From the sequence record PP724615.1: a stretch of 64,000 nucleotides of DNA; one strand, given 5' to 3'. This document shows, piece by piece, positions 52,708 to 62,946 of this stretch. The notes under the pieces are model-generated. The model was not told where the DNA came from and did no database searches. It saw only the letters and a program-made list of their open reading frames with translations. How positions within the stretch are numbered: position 1 is the stretch's first letter; each line of letters begins with the position of its first letter. The position numbers were made by a program, and so were the translations under genes. This DNA comes from Escherichia phage HK6.

Positions 52708-53603
52708 TATTTTCTTTCTCCAAAGAAGTTTATTTCTACAGGATCTGAATCAGCAGTAGGTATTACATCATACTCTACCTGATACAAATCTGAGAAGTTT
52801 AGGCGTTTTGAAATACGTGCTAAAGGGAATGTTATAGAAACATATTTATTCTTAATAATTAGTGGAGTTCTTGTTTCAGGGTCTAGATTCAAGAACTTAT
52901 CTCCTACCAATCTCTTAACGTAATAGAAAGCTAGCGTTGCGGAAGCATTCATTTCATTGACATAAGCTCGTTTATTAGTATAAACTTTATTTATATCAAA
53001 TATACTTCTATCTTCTCTCCAAGAACATTGTTGCTGGAAGGACATAGATGCTGAAACTAATGCAGGCAATGGTGCGCTATTAGTATACACAGCTGGAGGA
53101 CTATATGGAAGTACTTCACCTTGTGTAATTGTATATCCATCGCGGAAAGTAGATACTTCAGAGAATTTTCCAGACTCAATACCAACATTTAGGATCGGTA
53201 TACTCTTATCTAGAGAAAAATCAACTGTTGATACATAACAGTTTTCGAAATAAATACAGCTATTATTAGGATTAATAATATACATATTGAACATAATAGG
53301 TTCAATATTGGGAGTATTTCTTGGCAAAAATAAAGAATTTCCCTCACGCGTGAATCCCATCCAATCAAAGAAATTAGACTCAATAAGCGTAGTACTGAAA
53401 TTTATTGCCAATGAAATAGATGAAGGATCTTGAGCATTAATAATAGAGTCTGCATAGTTTGTACGATTATGGATAGTACGTCTAAGAGTTTTAAACTCTT
53501 GAAAAGACGTACTAGCATCATAGTTAGAGAGGGCATCGAAATGATACCCTCTACCATCGTACTCAATAACTATTTTAGACTCTCGCATGAGAGAATAAAA
53601 CAT
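52707..53603 (-). CDS. minor tail/collar protein, T5 p140-like, 298 aa
   Basis: synteny directly after tail tube gene, size. Confidence 0.7.
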   Translation of the reverse strand: MFYSLMRESKIVIEYDGRGYHFDALSNYDASTSFQEFKTLRRTIHNRTNYADSIINAQDPSSISLAINFSTTLIESNFFDWMGFTREGNSLFLPRNTPNIEPIMFNMYIINPNNSCIYFENCYVSTVDFSLDKSIPILNVGIESGKFSEVSTFRDGYTITQGEVLPYSPPAVYTNSAPLPALVSASMSFQQQCSWREDRSIFDINKVYTNKRAYVNEMNASATLAFYYVKRLVGDKFLNLDPETRTPLIIKNKYVSITFPLARISKRLNFSDLYQVEYDVIPTADSDPVEINFFGERK

Positions 53604-53607
53604 TTAA

Positions 53608-54999
53608 TTAACCACCTGTTACAGTAATCTGTTTAGTGCCTTTAACTCCAGAACCATCTTTAGCAGTAGCTTCTACAGTTACTGCACCAGTTTTACTAGC
53701 ATGTGCTGTTAACAGTCCGGTTGCACTGATAGTAGCTGCATCACCGGCAGTGATAGCCCAAGTAACTTCCTTATTATTTGCGGAAGAAGGAGTAACTTCA
53801 ACACTCATCTGAAGAGTAGCCGAGTTGTTTACTGTAGTAGCATCACCGGCAGATTTAACAGTAATTGCGGTTACAGCATCAGTAGCACCATTACCATTAA
53901 CAATCAAGTTATTAATAGTTGTTTTGGTATATTTACTAGAGAAGCCTAAGTAACCTTCATCACCAGCATCCAGATCAGATGGAATAGCCTTAAACTCTAC
54001 TGAAGTACCAAGTACATCATCAGTTTCAATAGTAGGAATATTAACGTGGGCTTGTTTAGCTACTAGAATAGCTGCAGGACGTTCATCATCATACTCACCA
54101 CCAAGTACTAGAGCGATTTCGAAGCGGTTAACTACCTTCAGAGTTTTGATAAGATCTTTATACAGTTCCATAGAACCAAGAGATTTATCATTCAGATAAG
54201 CAGTTAATGAACCAGTTAATTCAAAAGCACCAGTAAAGGAACCAATTGGAATAGTGACACGGGACATTACATTAGGTGTTAAATAAGTAATGTTGTTGTT
54301 AATAGTAAAAGTACCACCGGTAATAGGTATGTCATAAGACTTATTGGTATCCATGTCCTTGATCTTCAAGATCGTTAGTTTGTTCTTAATATAAGAACCC
54401 TGGATAGTCATATAAGTTTCATCATCAATACCTAGTTGATCTGGATCAAATGGGGCGGAATCCAGAGGAATAAGCTGATTACCATTACCAGACCAAGTTA
54501 CACGGCCAATATCTTCAATATCAACGTTAACTTCTGCCTGATTAATCTGACAGGAATCGATATAACTCCATGCTTTATCAGTCAGAATATAAATATGTAA
54601 CATTGCTAACTCGTGATAAGAGTTATCTTTGAAGTTAACCATGAAGTTAGCTTCGTTATTGTGTGCCCCTGTATTACCTTCTAGATTAATAGCTTTACCA
54701 CTAGAAAGTGCATGCCATAACATATAGTCAGGAACAATTTGTTTGTTGGTAGTTTTATCTTTATACGGTAGGATGTAAGTAGAAAAACTCCACTCAGCTG
54801 CGTTTAAAGAGTCGTTAAAACGTTTAGAACCACGAGTTGGACGCGGACCAGCTTCATTAACAGTAATATCTGTTGAGTTACTGTCCTGACCCCAAGAAAT
54901 ATCATCCTGAACTAGAATCTCTTGCGTGTTGGTCTTATTATGACCAGTCTTAACCGTAGACACGAAGATTCGAGTATTACGTAATAGTTGTAAAGACAT
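53608..54999 (-). CDS. tail tube protein, pb6-like, 463 aa, C-terminal Ig-like (Big_2) domain
   Basis: size, position, C-terminal LQMSVEVTPSSANNKEVTWAI...ITVTGG Ig-like domain. Confidence 0.9.
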   Translation of the reverse strand: MSLQLLRNTRIFVSTVKTGHNKTNTQEILVQDDISWGQDSNSTDITVNEAGPRPTRGSKRFNDSLNAAEWSFSTYILPYKDKTTNKQIVPDYMLWHALSSGKAINLEGNTGAHNNEANFMVNFKDNSYHELAMLHIYILTDKAWSYIDSCQINQAEVNVDIEDIGRVTWSGNGNQLIPLDSAPFDPDQLGIDDETYMTIQGSYIKNKLTILKIKDMDTNKSYDIPITGGTFTINNNITYLTPNVMSRVTIPIGSFTGAFELTGSLTAYLNDKSLGSMELYKDLIKTLKVVNRFEIALVLGGEYDDERPAAILVAKQAHVNIPTIETDDVLGTSVEFKAIPSDLDAGDEGYLGFSSKYTKTTINNLIVNGNGATDAVTAITVKSAGDATTVNNSATLQMSVEVTPSSANNKEVTWAITAGDAATISATGLLTAHASKTGAVTVEATAKDGSGVKGTKQITVTGG

Positions 55000-55025
55000 T
55001 TAATTATTTTCTCCTAATCTGTAAC

Positions 55026-55511
55026 TTATCTGCGAAGTGACCTACGTGGAGGCTGATACCTCACTGTTACATTTATTTCTGCTAAACCATATGGGGCCAG
55101 TAGACCCTCATCTGTACTAACTGATGTAATGATCATATCAGTTGCCTCACATGGGAAGGTCGATCCATTAGGTTTACTAACAGTATATTCTAAATTTCCA
55201 CCTGTGTCAATAACGGTTTTTATATCCGCTACGAGTTTTTCAAGTTGCTCTTGAATGTCTGTTTTCTCTTTATCGTACACCAGGATTGGAAGTTCTAAAA
55301 ACATCCACTGTTGGCCTGAAGGAAGATACTGCCCAGTTTCAGTTCCGATATGAACTGCCACATAAGGAAACTCTCGTATTTCCTCAAATTTATAAGTTTG
55401 ACGAGAAACGTTTCCGTATAGATTATTAAAATATTCGTCAGGTTGAGAACCATCCATTTGTTTAGAGATTCGGTCAACCATAGCTTGTGCAATACTTGTT
55501 CTATGATCCAT
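55026..55511 (-). CDS. tail terminator protein, T5 p142-like, 161 aa
   Basis: synteny and size. Confidence 0.65.
   Translation of the reverse strand: MDHRTSIAQAMVDRISKQMDGSQPDEYFNNLYGNVSRQTYKFEEIREFPYVAVHIGTETGQYLPSGQQWMFLELPILVYDKEKTDIQEQLEKLVADIKTVIDTGGNLEYTVSKPNGSTFPCEATDMIITSVSTDEGLLAPYGLAEINVTVRYQPPRRSLRR
55182..55210 (-). promoter_or_regulatory. intragenic promoter TTGACA-17-TATACT inside p142-like gene (matches my memory of T5 PJ5)
   Basis: reverse complement reads AAAAACCGTTATTGACACAGGTGGAAATTTAGAATATACTGTTAGTAAACC. Confidence 0.75.
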
Positions 55512-55514
55512 TTA

Positions 55515-56282
55515 TTAGGTTCCTTGATTAACCTTAATTTTATATCTGGAGTGAATCAGGTCTCTTGCAGCTTTTGCTATAGCCTCACCAATAAGTTTTT
55601 GTGGGTTTCTAGCGCCAGGATAAGGTCGTAGAGATAATCTTCTGTATGTAGATACTGCCGGATTGAACACAGAATATGGACGAGTCATATAATTATATGT
55701 TACGTTCAATTCAGGAGAGCCTTTACTAGCTTCAGAATCACGAAGCATAACATCTTTAATTTTTAAAGAGTTTGCAAAGCGACCCGTTCTAAACTTTAAG
55801 GGTGCTCCCGCTTTTTTCATATCCTTTATTAAGTATTCTTTAGCAACTATCTCTAATATAATCTTCATATTGCTGTTAGACACAAAACGTCCAGAAGCAC
55901 CTGTTACTGCACCAGAGTATCCATCCTCAACATCACTAGGATCACCAAAGTTTACCTGCACTCTACCAGTAGAACGTTTTTTACCTACTGAGGATTTTTT
56001 ACCAGCAGTTGCTTGTATTAGATTCTCCAGAGCACCTAAATCTCCAGAAAGATCTAAACTAGAGGATACAGCTTTTAGTATAGAGGCTGTTCTAACATCA
56101 AGAAGATCTTGGGATACAGGTTTTGAAAACTTAAAAGATACTTGAGCAACAGTACCATCTCTGGTAGGATCTTTTAACCCTGTTTCAACAGAGTATACAA
56201 CAGTATTCTTATTATTTTCAGATCGGCCTGCAGTATCTAGCTGCTCTTTAATAATTTGTTTAGCTAGATCGGAAAGAGACAT
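55515..56282 (-). CDS. head-tail joining/completion protein, T5 p143-like, 255 aa
   Basis: synteny and size. Confidence 0.6.
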   Translation of the reverse strand: MSLSDLAKQIIKEQLDTAGRSENNKNTVVYSVETGLKDPTRDGTVAQVSFKFSKPVSQDLLDVRTASILKAVSSSLDLSGDLGALENLIQATAGKKSSVGKKRSTGRVQVNFGDPSDVEDGYSGAVTGASGRFVSNSNMKIILEIVAKEYLIKDMKKAGAPLKFRTGRFANSLKIKDVMLRDSEASKGSPELNVTYNYMTRPYSVFNPAVSTYRRLSLRPYPGARNPQKLIGEAIAKAARDLIHSRYKIKVNQGT

Positions 56283-56794
56283 TATACTCTCCTATATACT
56301 TCAATAATAGTACGAATATGCTCTGGAATACCAGACTTAGTGCTATTGAAGGTTACTGTTTCACCACCAATTGTTTTAGCTTGGCGATAATCTTGTTTGT
56401 GCCAATGATCTACTAGCATACATGCTGCAAGTTTGAGATCTTCAGGTATTGGATTGAATCCACCTTGTGTATATGCTACGTCCATATAACCTTCTGGAGG
56501 ATTAAATTTGAGAAGGATAATACCGTCAGAGTATAGCTTATACTGCTCTGGGTCAATCTCATTATCGTTAATCGTCACTTTAGTTACGGAGGTAGCAGAT
56601 GGTGAGCTCAGAAAATATTTCCTACGTGTAGGTTTTGTATTGATTAACTGGTCTACCGCATCAGCATCATCCATGCCTAGAAGGCTCGTGATCAGCGCAT
56701 TGGCAGCAGTAATCATCATTTCTACACCAGATTCTAATTCAGGTCGTTTTAAACCACCATATAATCTATAATCTTCGGCTGTGATGATTTGCAT
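56282..56794 (-). CDS. head completion/connector protein, T5 p144-like, 170 aa
   Basis: synteny directly after major capsid gene. Confidence 0.6.
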   Translation of the reverse strand: MQIITAEDYRLYGGLKRPELESGVEMMITAANALITSLLGMDDADAVDQLINTKPTRRKYFLSSPSATSVTKVTINDNEIDPEQYKLYSDGIILLKFNPPEGYMDVAYTQGGFNPIPEDLKLAACMLVDHWHKQDYRQAKTIGGETVTFNSTKSGIPEHIRTIIEVYRRV

Positions 56795-56816
56795 TTATTT
56801 TTCCCAATAAAAAAGG
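56795..56816 (-). repeat. 22-nt element CCTTTTTTATTGGGAAAAATAA, copy 2 (before p144-like start)
   Basis: identical to 51793..51814. Confidence 0.85.
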
Positions 56817-56834
56817 AGAGCCGAAGCTCTCCTT
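56806..56834 (-). terminator. terminator after major capsid gene (GGAGAGC-TTCG-GCTCTCC + TTTTTTATT)
   Basis: stem 56815..56832. Confidence 0.85.
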
Positions 56835-56853
56835 ATCGGCTGAAAAGCCTGTA

Positions 56854-58230
56854 TTAAGATGCAGCGTAAGCACCAGATACAACGCCATTATTAAAGTAAC
56901 GTTGCAGGTTAACACGCTGAGTAACGTAGTACGCATCACGCTGTTTACCAGCTTGGCGCTCACGTTCAACAGTAACAGCACGCTGACGCGGCATTACGAA
57001 GTTATCTTTATAAACAATAACTGCGAACTCTGCAGAGTTAGCTTTAGCCGGGAAGAACTCAGAAACTACAACCGGCAAACCGTAAATACGACCAACCTGA
57101 CCTTGCAGTTTAACAGCATCATTACCAACCTGGGCAACATCCTGCCATTCTTCATCTTCCAGCAAATCGTAATAAGCATCCATAGATACGATCAGTACCA
57201 GTTTGCTCAGTTTCAGACCATGACGGCCCAGTTTACGACGCAGTTTAGAGATAGTTTTAGCAGTTACCAGAACAGAACCATCAGCTTTAGCTTCAGTAAT
57301 AACTTTAGCACTATCGCCTTCAGCCAGTTTCAGCAGACCCTTAGGCTTACCAGTACCGTCACCCGTCATAAACGCTTCTTCGATAGAAACAGCGTGTGCT
57401 TCAATCAGACGCTTACGCAGCAGAGGTAGCAGGGAGAAGATTGCATCTTCTTCAGTTTCATCAGTAATGAAGGACTTAGCAGCCAGTTTATAGGTTTTGA
57501 ACTGAATTTCAGTCAGAGCACCTTTAACTTCGTCACCAGTAGTAGTGTCAGTACCATATGCACTAGCATCTACCCAAGTAGCTTTACCAGCATCTGGTTC
57601 AACCAACATAGTAAGAATTTTGCTAGACATTGGCAGTTCTTCAAACAGAGCACCAACTACTAGTTCTTTCTGCAGGTCACGAATAATACGCTGGGAGAAA
57701 ATAGTTTCATAGCTTTCACTAGAAACTTCTACTGAAGAGGACTGGTTTACAGCTTTCAGGTGTCTCTGGCCATGTTCGGTATCAAATACACCTTTTTCCA
57801 TCACATAAGACAGAAGAACCAGTTTTTCAACTTCATCTTCAAAGTTTTCCTGAGTACCGTACAGTGCTTTAGCTACGCTATCACCAACGAAGGAACGACC
57901 TTCACGAGCTGCTAGCAGAGATTTAATTTCATCCTGGAGACCAACAATAGTTTCCTGCTGTTTTTCTACAGTCTGTGCAAACAGTTCTGCGCTCTTTTTA
58001 GATTTTTCATCCAGGGACTTAACCAGTTCCAGAGCTTGTTCCAGTTTCTGACGATCTTCGCCAACTGCTTTAGAAACCAGATCATTCATACGAGCCAGTT
58101 CTTTTTCTTCCTGCTCTTTACGCATACGTTCAGCTTCAGCAGCTTTCTGAGCAGCGGTCAGACCTTCCAGAGATTTAGCCAGATCACCCAGACCAAGTTC
58201 TTCTTTCAGCTTATTAATATCAATAGTCAT
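56854..58230 (-). CDS. major capsid protein, HK97 fold, pb8-like, 458 aa with N-terminal scaffolding delta domain
   Basis: length equals T5 pb8, coiled-coil N-terminal ~160 aa, highly expressed codon usage, position after protease. Confidence 0.95.
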   Translation of the reverse strand: MTIDINKLKEELGLGDLAKSLEGLTAAQKAAEAERMRKEQEEKELARMNDLVSKAVGEDRQKLEQALELVKSLDEKSKKSAELFAQTVEKQQETIVGLQDEIKSLLAAREGRSFVGDSVAKALYGTQENFEDEVEKLVLLSYVMEKGVFDTEHGQRHLKAVNQSSSVEVSSESYETIFSQRIIRDLQKELVVGALFEELPMSSKILTMLVEPDAGKATWVDASAYGTDTTTGDEVKGALTEIQFKTYKLAAKSFITDETEEDAIFSLLPLLRKRLIEAHAVSIEEAFMTGDGTGKPKGLLKLAEGDSAKVITEAKADGSVLVTAKTISKLRRKLGRHGLKLSKLVLIVSMDAYYDLLEDEEWQDVAQVGNDAVKLQGQVGRIYGLPVVVSEFFPAKANSAEFAVIVYKDNFVMPRQRAVTVERERQAGKQRDAYYVTQRVNLQRYFNNGVVSGAYAAS

Positions 58231-58247
58231 TTTTAAATAATTCTCCG

Positions 58248-58880
58248 TTATTCTTTAACGTAGCCTAAAGCTATCGCAAGTTTTTCTAGTTCAGAAAGAT
58301 TACGTTCTTGAGCTGGGACAGCTTTAGAACTTATTGCAGTAAAAGATTTACGCCATTCAGTATAATCATGACCATTCATGCTCTTAGCGAGATTGAATGT
58401 CGAGTCCTGATTACAAGGTACAGAAACTACCGAAACTTCGTATAGTTCTAAATCTTTAATAATAAATATATCAGTAGCTTCATCCCACTCTGCATCTAGG
58501 CAGCGGAATCCGATACTAAAAGTTTTCAGTACACCGTTTTTAATTAGTGAAAAGATAGCTGGATCAGAACTTTCATAGATCTCGCATTCGATTTCGAGAC
58601 CCATTTCAGTAGGGTTAAGATCAATACACTTGCCTATTGGACGACGATGGTCATGTCCGAAAAGAATAATCGGGTTTTTCATGTAGTTGGCAAGTGCATT
58701 AGATGTTTTCCATGCGGAGGCAGGAATTACATCCCCAGCGCGATCCTTACTAATTGTATTAGCGAATCCACGGATTTTTACAACACCCTCTCTGGATTCA
58801 CTATCAATAGATTTAATATAAGCATCTAAATGAACCGGTGCTGATTTTAACTTGTTATAGTCAATAGCAGCTTGTGTCAT
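58248..58880 (-). CDS. prohead protease (HK97/S78 family), pb11-like, 210 aa
   Basis: LFGHDHRRPIG (His) and EVSVVSVPCN (Ser) motifs; size. Confidence 0.9.
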   Translation of the reverse strand: MTQAAIDYNKLKSAPVHLDAYIKSIDSESREGVVKIRGFANTISKDRAGDVIPASAWKTSNALANYMKNPIILFGHDHRRPIGKCIDLNPTEMGLEIECEIYESSDPAIFSLIKNGVLKTFSIGFRCLDAEWDEATDIFIIKDLELYEVSVVSVPCNQDSTFNLAKSMNGHDYTEWRKSFTAISSKAVPAQERNLSELEKLAIALGYVKE

Positions 58881-58883
58881 TTA

Positions 58884-59372
58884 TTAGCCTCCAACACCAG
58901 GTGCAGTTGGGGTAGCTTTTACTGCCGCAGACTTAGGAGATTCTCCCGCCCCATTAACAGCTACTGCCTGGAAAGTATACTCTTTTGCTTCTAAGGTAGA
59001 AATAGTACCTGTTTTAGAAGACCCAGAATTATAGGTTTTTGGAGTAGTTCCATCAGTATAGTATACTTTATACTGGGTGATTGGTGAGCCGGTATTAGTA
59101 CCATCAGTAATTGTATAAGTTACTGAATTTTCACCTGGAGTTACCTGCAACGTAGGGGCTCCAGGGACAACGTCTACTGGACCAGCCTTACCATAAGCCT
59201 CTACAAATTTCTTCCATACTTTGCGGTTAGTATGCGCAGATGAAAGTCCTAGTTCTCTACGCAGAAAAGCATAGCTAGGAACATATTTATGCGCGGCAAC
59301 CGTAGCAAAGAAGATATGAGATTCTGGCAGTTTTTCACCAAAAATGGTCTTTAGACCACTATAATCAATCAT
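58884..59372 (-). CDS. capsid decoration protein, pb10-like, 162 aa with FN3/Ig-like C-domain
   Basis: position between portal and protease; C-terminal FN3-like PGAPT..YKVYYTDG..FQAVAVNGAGES. Confidence 0.8.
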   Translation of the reverse strand: MIDYSGLKTIFGEKLPESHIFFATVAAHKYVPSYAFLRRELGLSSAHTNRKVWKKFVEAYGKAGPVDVVPGAPTLQVTPGENSVTYTITDGTNTGSPITQYKVYYTDGTTPKTYNSGSSKTGTISTLEAKEYTFQAVAVNGAGESPKSAAVKATPTAPGVGG

Positions 59373-60586
59373 TCTTTATCTCCCTCGGTGGAACCTTGAG
59401 GTCTACCACCTTCTTGACCGGATACACCTGTTGCAGAACCAGCAACGTTGGCAGGAATACGAATCTTATTCATCTGCTCATCATCTAAAGGTTCAAGGTT
59501 TAGCTCTACACGAGCTTCGTTACCAGTCATAATACCATTATTAACCAATGAGGTTAAATGTTTAGCCTCAGCTTCTTTATCTGGTGTTAATGCAGCTACT
59601 TCCTTAGTATTAGGAGTAATCTTATAACCAAAAAAGAAAGTAAGAGAACTAGTCAGTTTGTTCAGCATAGGGATGATAGTCATGTAATAGAACAGTTCGA
59701 TATTTGGTCGAATGTTCGCATTATTACCACCATCAAGTAGCACCTGCGGAACACCAAAGGCTAGACAGATAGATTTATTAAATCCTTCTATGTCTTCCTT
59801 AAAGTCTAGATCTTTAAAAGAGGATATTTGGGAGTACGGTTTAGCTTTCATACCACCATCTAGAATCAGGACAGAGGACTGACCAGTACTAGGATTATAA
59901 TCTAGTTGTAATTCTTCTTGTTTACGCTCACGCAATTTCTTGTTCAGGATTTCATCCGTCTCAAGAATAAGACCAATCACGGTTCCGTTATCTAGGAACT
60001 TCTCTTTAAAGTTAAGCATCTTAGAACGCTTCTCAAGAGAATCAATAACAGTAGCAACACGAGATTGTCCAGAAATTTGAGAATTTGTGCCACACACGTA
60101 ACTGTTATCCTTTATAAAGATAATCTCATCTACGCGATAGTCTATCTGATTATTAAATATAAATTTTTTGATAAACTTATTGGCATCTGCCTCTACTTGC
60201 ATTAGTGCAGCAGGGACATGGTAAAGTGCTGTGCCATCCCAATAGATGTATGCACAACCTTCAAAAAGTAGGTCAGTGACTACAAGTCTACGGAATGTGC
60301 TTATATCCATGAATGGATTAGGTCGTACATTTAAGAGAGTGTCTAGAGTCTTTGTCTTGATGCCATTGGCATACGTGACAATATTATATTTATCTCCGAC
60401 AGTATAAGAACACTCCGCCGCACTATCTATAACCATATTAGCAGTTCTATTGAGAATCTCAATTTTACTGTAGGCTTGTCCAGTGGTAAAAGGCTTACGG
60501 TTAGTGCGATGACTAACTGGTTCCATGTCTCTTATAATACGTTGACCCGGATTTAGCTTTTCAGTAATCCAGCTTTTAAAACCCAT
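59369..60586 (-). CDS. portal protein, pb7-like, 405 aa
   Basis: size, position downstream of terminase. Confidence 0.9.
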   Translation of the reverse strand: MGFKSWITEKLNPGQRIIRDMEPVSHRTNRKPFTTGQAYSKIEILNRTANMVIDSAAECSYTVGDKYNIVTYANGIKTKTLDTLLNVRPNPFMDISTFRRLVVTDLLFEGCAYIYWDGTALYHVPAALMQVEADANKFIKKFIFNNQIDYRVDEIIFIKDNSYVCGTNSQISGQSRVATVIDSLEKRSKMLNFKEKFLDNGTVIGLILETDEILNKKLRERKQEELQLDYNPSTGQSSVLILDGGMKAKPYSQISSFKDLDFKEDIEGFNKSICLAFGVPQVLLDGGNNANIRPNIELFYYMTIIPMLNKLTSSLTFFFGYKITPNTKEVAALTPDKEAEAKHLTSLVNNGIMTGNEARVELNLEPLDDEQMNKIRIPANVAGSATGVSGQEGGRPQGSTEGDKE

Positions 60587-61023
60587 TATAAGAACCTTGC
60601 GAATCCTGATTTTGTTTCAGTCTTGACTTGTGTCTTTTCTTGAGGATTCTGTAATTTGTCTTTCTGCTTTTGAACCCACACTTTTTGCTTATTAGCAGAA
60701 AATAAAGGAGGTTCTTTTGTGTAAACCTTATGTAATAATTGGTGATGGTGTACACAAAGGGTAACAGTGTCTTCTACTAGCTCATGCCTATATCGATCAT
60801 AGAATGCCGTCCTATTTGAAAGGACTATTTCTTCGTCAGTGAAATCCAATTGGAGTTCTTTAGCAAATTTTTTAACTAGTAGAGACACCGTATGGTAATG
60901 ATGAAGCTCTAATTCTTCAGCACAACCGCAGATAGCACATTGAGAGTCTTTTTTATATTGACTTTTTATTCCGTCTCTCATAAGGGATATAGCATCGCGT
61001 TTATATTTTACATTGCTTGCCAT
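60586..61023 (-). CDS. HNH endonuclease between terminase and portal, 145 aa from ATG 61023
   Basis: CAICGC..LELHHYH ... LCVHHHQLLH (HNH with CxxC/zinc pairs); GAGGAG 6 nt before ATG 61023. Confidence 0.75.
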   Translation of the reverse strand: MASNVKYKRDAISLMRDGIKSQYKKDSQCAICGCAEELELHHYHTVSLLVKKFAKELQLDFTDEEIVLSNRTAFYDRYRHELVEDTVTLCVHHHQLLHKVYTKEPPLFSANKQKVWVQKQKDKLQNPQEKTQVKTETKSGFARFL

Positions 61024-61049
61024 AGTGTTCTCCTCAACTGTATGAATAT

Positions 61050-61078
61050 AGTATACATAATCGTATCGAATTTGTAAA
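61050..61078 (-). promoter_or_regulatory. sigma70-like promoter TTTACA-17-TATACT in front of the terminase-adjacent HNH gene
   Basis: -35 61073..61078, -10 61050..61055. Confidence 0.55.
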
Positions 61079-61095
61079 GGGGATTTTAAAATGCA

Positions 61096-61128
61096 GGAAT
61101 GGGATACCAACTGAGTAGTATCCCATCC
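61096..61128 (-). terminator. hairpin GGGATAC/GTATCCC after terminase large subunit (no tight U-tract)
   Basis: stem 61101..61124. Confidence 0.4.
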
Positions 61129-61137
61129 TATACTTAT

Positions 61138-62454
61138 TTATTTACCACGGGAAATAGAGTAAATTCCGTAGCGCAGCGCATCACAAAGGTGAGAGTTAGC
61201 ATCATGACGTGGTTTTTCACGTGATAATTTCTCTTCGCCTTCTTGGAAATCCCACTTATAGTTCTGCAATGCATGGATTAATGAGGAACATGAAGCATCT
61301 ACAATAATCTTATCCTGCTGGAATAGTGCTTGCAAGCATGCTAGACCGTCTAGGACAGACTTTTTAGCTGGAGCTGATGCAATTTCATGTTCATAAGCTA
61401 AGTCCTGACGGAACTGGGCAGCCGCGGAGTCAACGAAGATACGATCTACGTTATAACGATCTATACAGTGCTGAATATACGCAGCATGTTGGGCTGTGGT
61501 TTTCTCCGCCTGCTGGTATTCTTCTAGTACATAGTAAGTATCCGTATCGTAATGATATTTAATAGTAAGAACTGCTGTAGGATCACGATAACCAACGTCA
61601 ATACCGAGCAACGTTTCGAAGGCTTCATCATCTTTAAAGAAGTGACGCATACCTTTGAGGTCTTTAACATGATCTATAGCATTAAAGGTATCAAAGATCT
61701 GACCTTCGAATACAGAGAAGTCAGCCTCGTATTCTTGGCGGAAGTAGTTTTTACTAACAGTACGACGTGCTTCCTCGATATCATTCAGGTCAGCACGTGG
61801 ATTATCACGATATGTACCATGAATAGATACCCAGTTAGGCAACGTATCATCAAACCCATAGGCATAAAACTCTTTAAACCAGTTACCGCCACGAGGAGTA
61901 GAGATAAACAGAGCCTTAGAATTAGGTTTATCTAGGGTAGGACGCAACTGAACCCTGAAGGCATCACCACCTACATCGGAAATTGCCGCCTCATCAAAGA
62001 TGATAAAGTCATATGAACGTCCAACTGCGGAGTCAGCCTGAGCTGCAGAAGCTAGTTTAAACAGTGAGCCGTTTGCCAGCTCAATTTCTTTATCTTTAGC
62101 ATTCTCACGTTCAGTTTGTAGGCCGTACTTTTTAATAAGACCACGAATCTGAGACCACCCGATGTTGGCCAGTGAGTAGTTAGGGGCAACTACTAATACC
62201 TTCACATTAGGTTCCAGCAATTTTAGGAACCCAAGGGTATACGCGATGAAGGATTTACCTACACGGCGTGATACACACGCCGTTACAAAACGATGTCTAG
62301 GATCCTCTAAAGCATTGATAATCGCTATTTGAGGACCATTAGGTGTAATGCCTTCTTGCGCTAATATTCCAGAAACAGGTAGACGAAAGAAACGTTTATC
62401 TATTCCGAAATCAATAACATCTACTGTGTTAACGTAGGGTCTTGATACTTCCAT
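61138..62454 (-). CDS. terminase large subunit, 438 aa
   Basis: Walker A-like CVSRRVGKS, Walker B IIFDEAA, C-terminal RNase H-like nuclease (IDVGY.D, FVDSAA). Confidence 0.95.
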   Translation of the reverse strand: MEVSRPYVNTVDVIDFGIDKRFFRLPVSGILAQEGITPNGPQIAIINALEDPRHRFVTACVSRRVGKSFIAYTLGFLKLLEPNVKVLVVAPNYSLANIGWSQIRGLIKKYGLQTERENAKDKEIELANGSLFKLASAAQADSAVGRSYDFIIFDEAAISDVGGDAFRVQLRPTLDKPNSKALFISTPRGGNWFKEFYAYGFDDTLPNWVSIHGTYRDNPRADLNDIEEARRTVSKNYFRQEYEADFSVFEGQIFDTFNAIDHVKDLKGMRHFFKDDEAFETLLGIDVGYRDPTAVLTIKYHYDTDTYYVLEEYQQAEKTTAQHAAYIQHCIDRYNVDRIFVDSAAAQFRQDLAYEHEIASAPAKKSVLDGLACLQALFQQDKIIVDASCSSLIHALQNYKWDFQEGEEKLSREKPRHDANSHLCDALRYGIYSISRGK

Positions 62455-62936
62455 TACTTTTTACCTCCAGTAGCTAGGGAAGTAATTAAGTCCATGTAGT
62501 TTTGATCCCCAGCTCCAGCAATAATGTTATTCTGGATATTGGTCTGATTAGCAGGAGCACGGACGGCAGCTTTAGCTTTTTCTAGCTCCACCATCATTTT
62601 CATTTCCTCCATTTTCATCTTATGTGCCTTCCAGAGAATATCCATAATATCTTGGTCAGAACCCATGCCAGTTTCTTCTAGTTCCTCCAGCTTACGTTTA
62701 ATAACTTCATCTAGAACACCGAACAAACGATCTCTGTTACGGAAACCACTCTCCATAAAAATATCATTTAAGTAATTCTTAACTTCACTACGATTCATAA
62801 TATCTCGAAAAGCAATTTCGGACATTCCAAGACTACGTGCGGCAGAAGGCACATCGCTGCCGCACTGTAAATAAGCTTCAATCACATCCATCCCTTCAGG
62901 GGACATAAGATCTGGTACTAATACATCATTTGCCAT
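62454..62936 (-). CDS. terminase small subunit, 160 aa
   Basis: N-terminal HTH ([20 protein letters not shown]), directly upstream of and overlapping terL. Confidence 0.7.
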   Translation of the reverse strand: MANDVLVPDLMSPEGMDVIEAYLQCGSDVPSAARSLGMSEIAFRDIMNRSEVKNYLNDIFMESGFRNRDRLFGVLDEVIKRKLEELEETGMGSDQDIMDILWKAHKMKMEEMKMMVELEKAKAAVRAPANQTNIQNNIIAGAGDQNYMDLITSLATGGKK

Positions 62937-62946
62937 ATTTCCTCCT

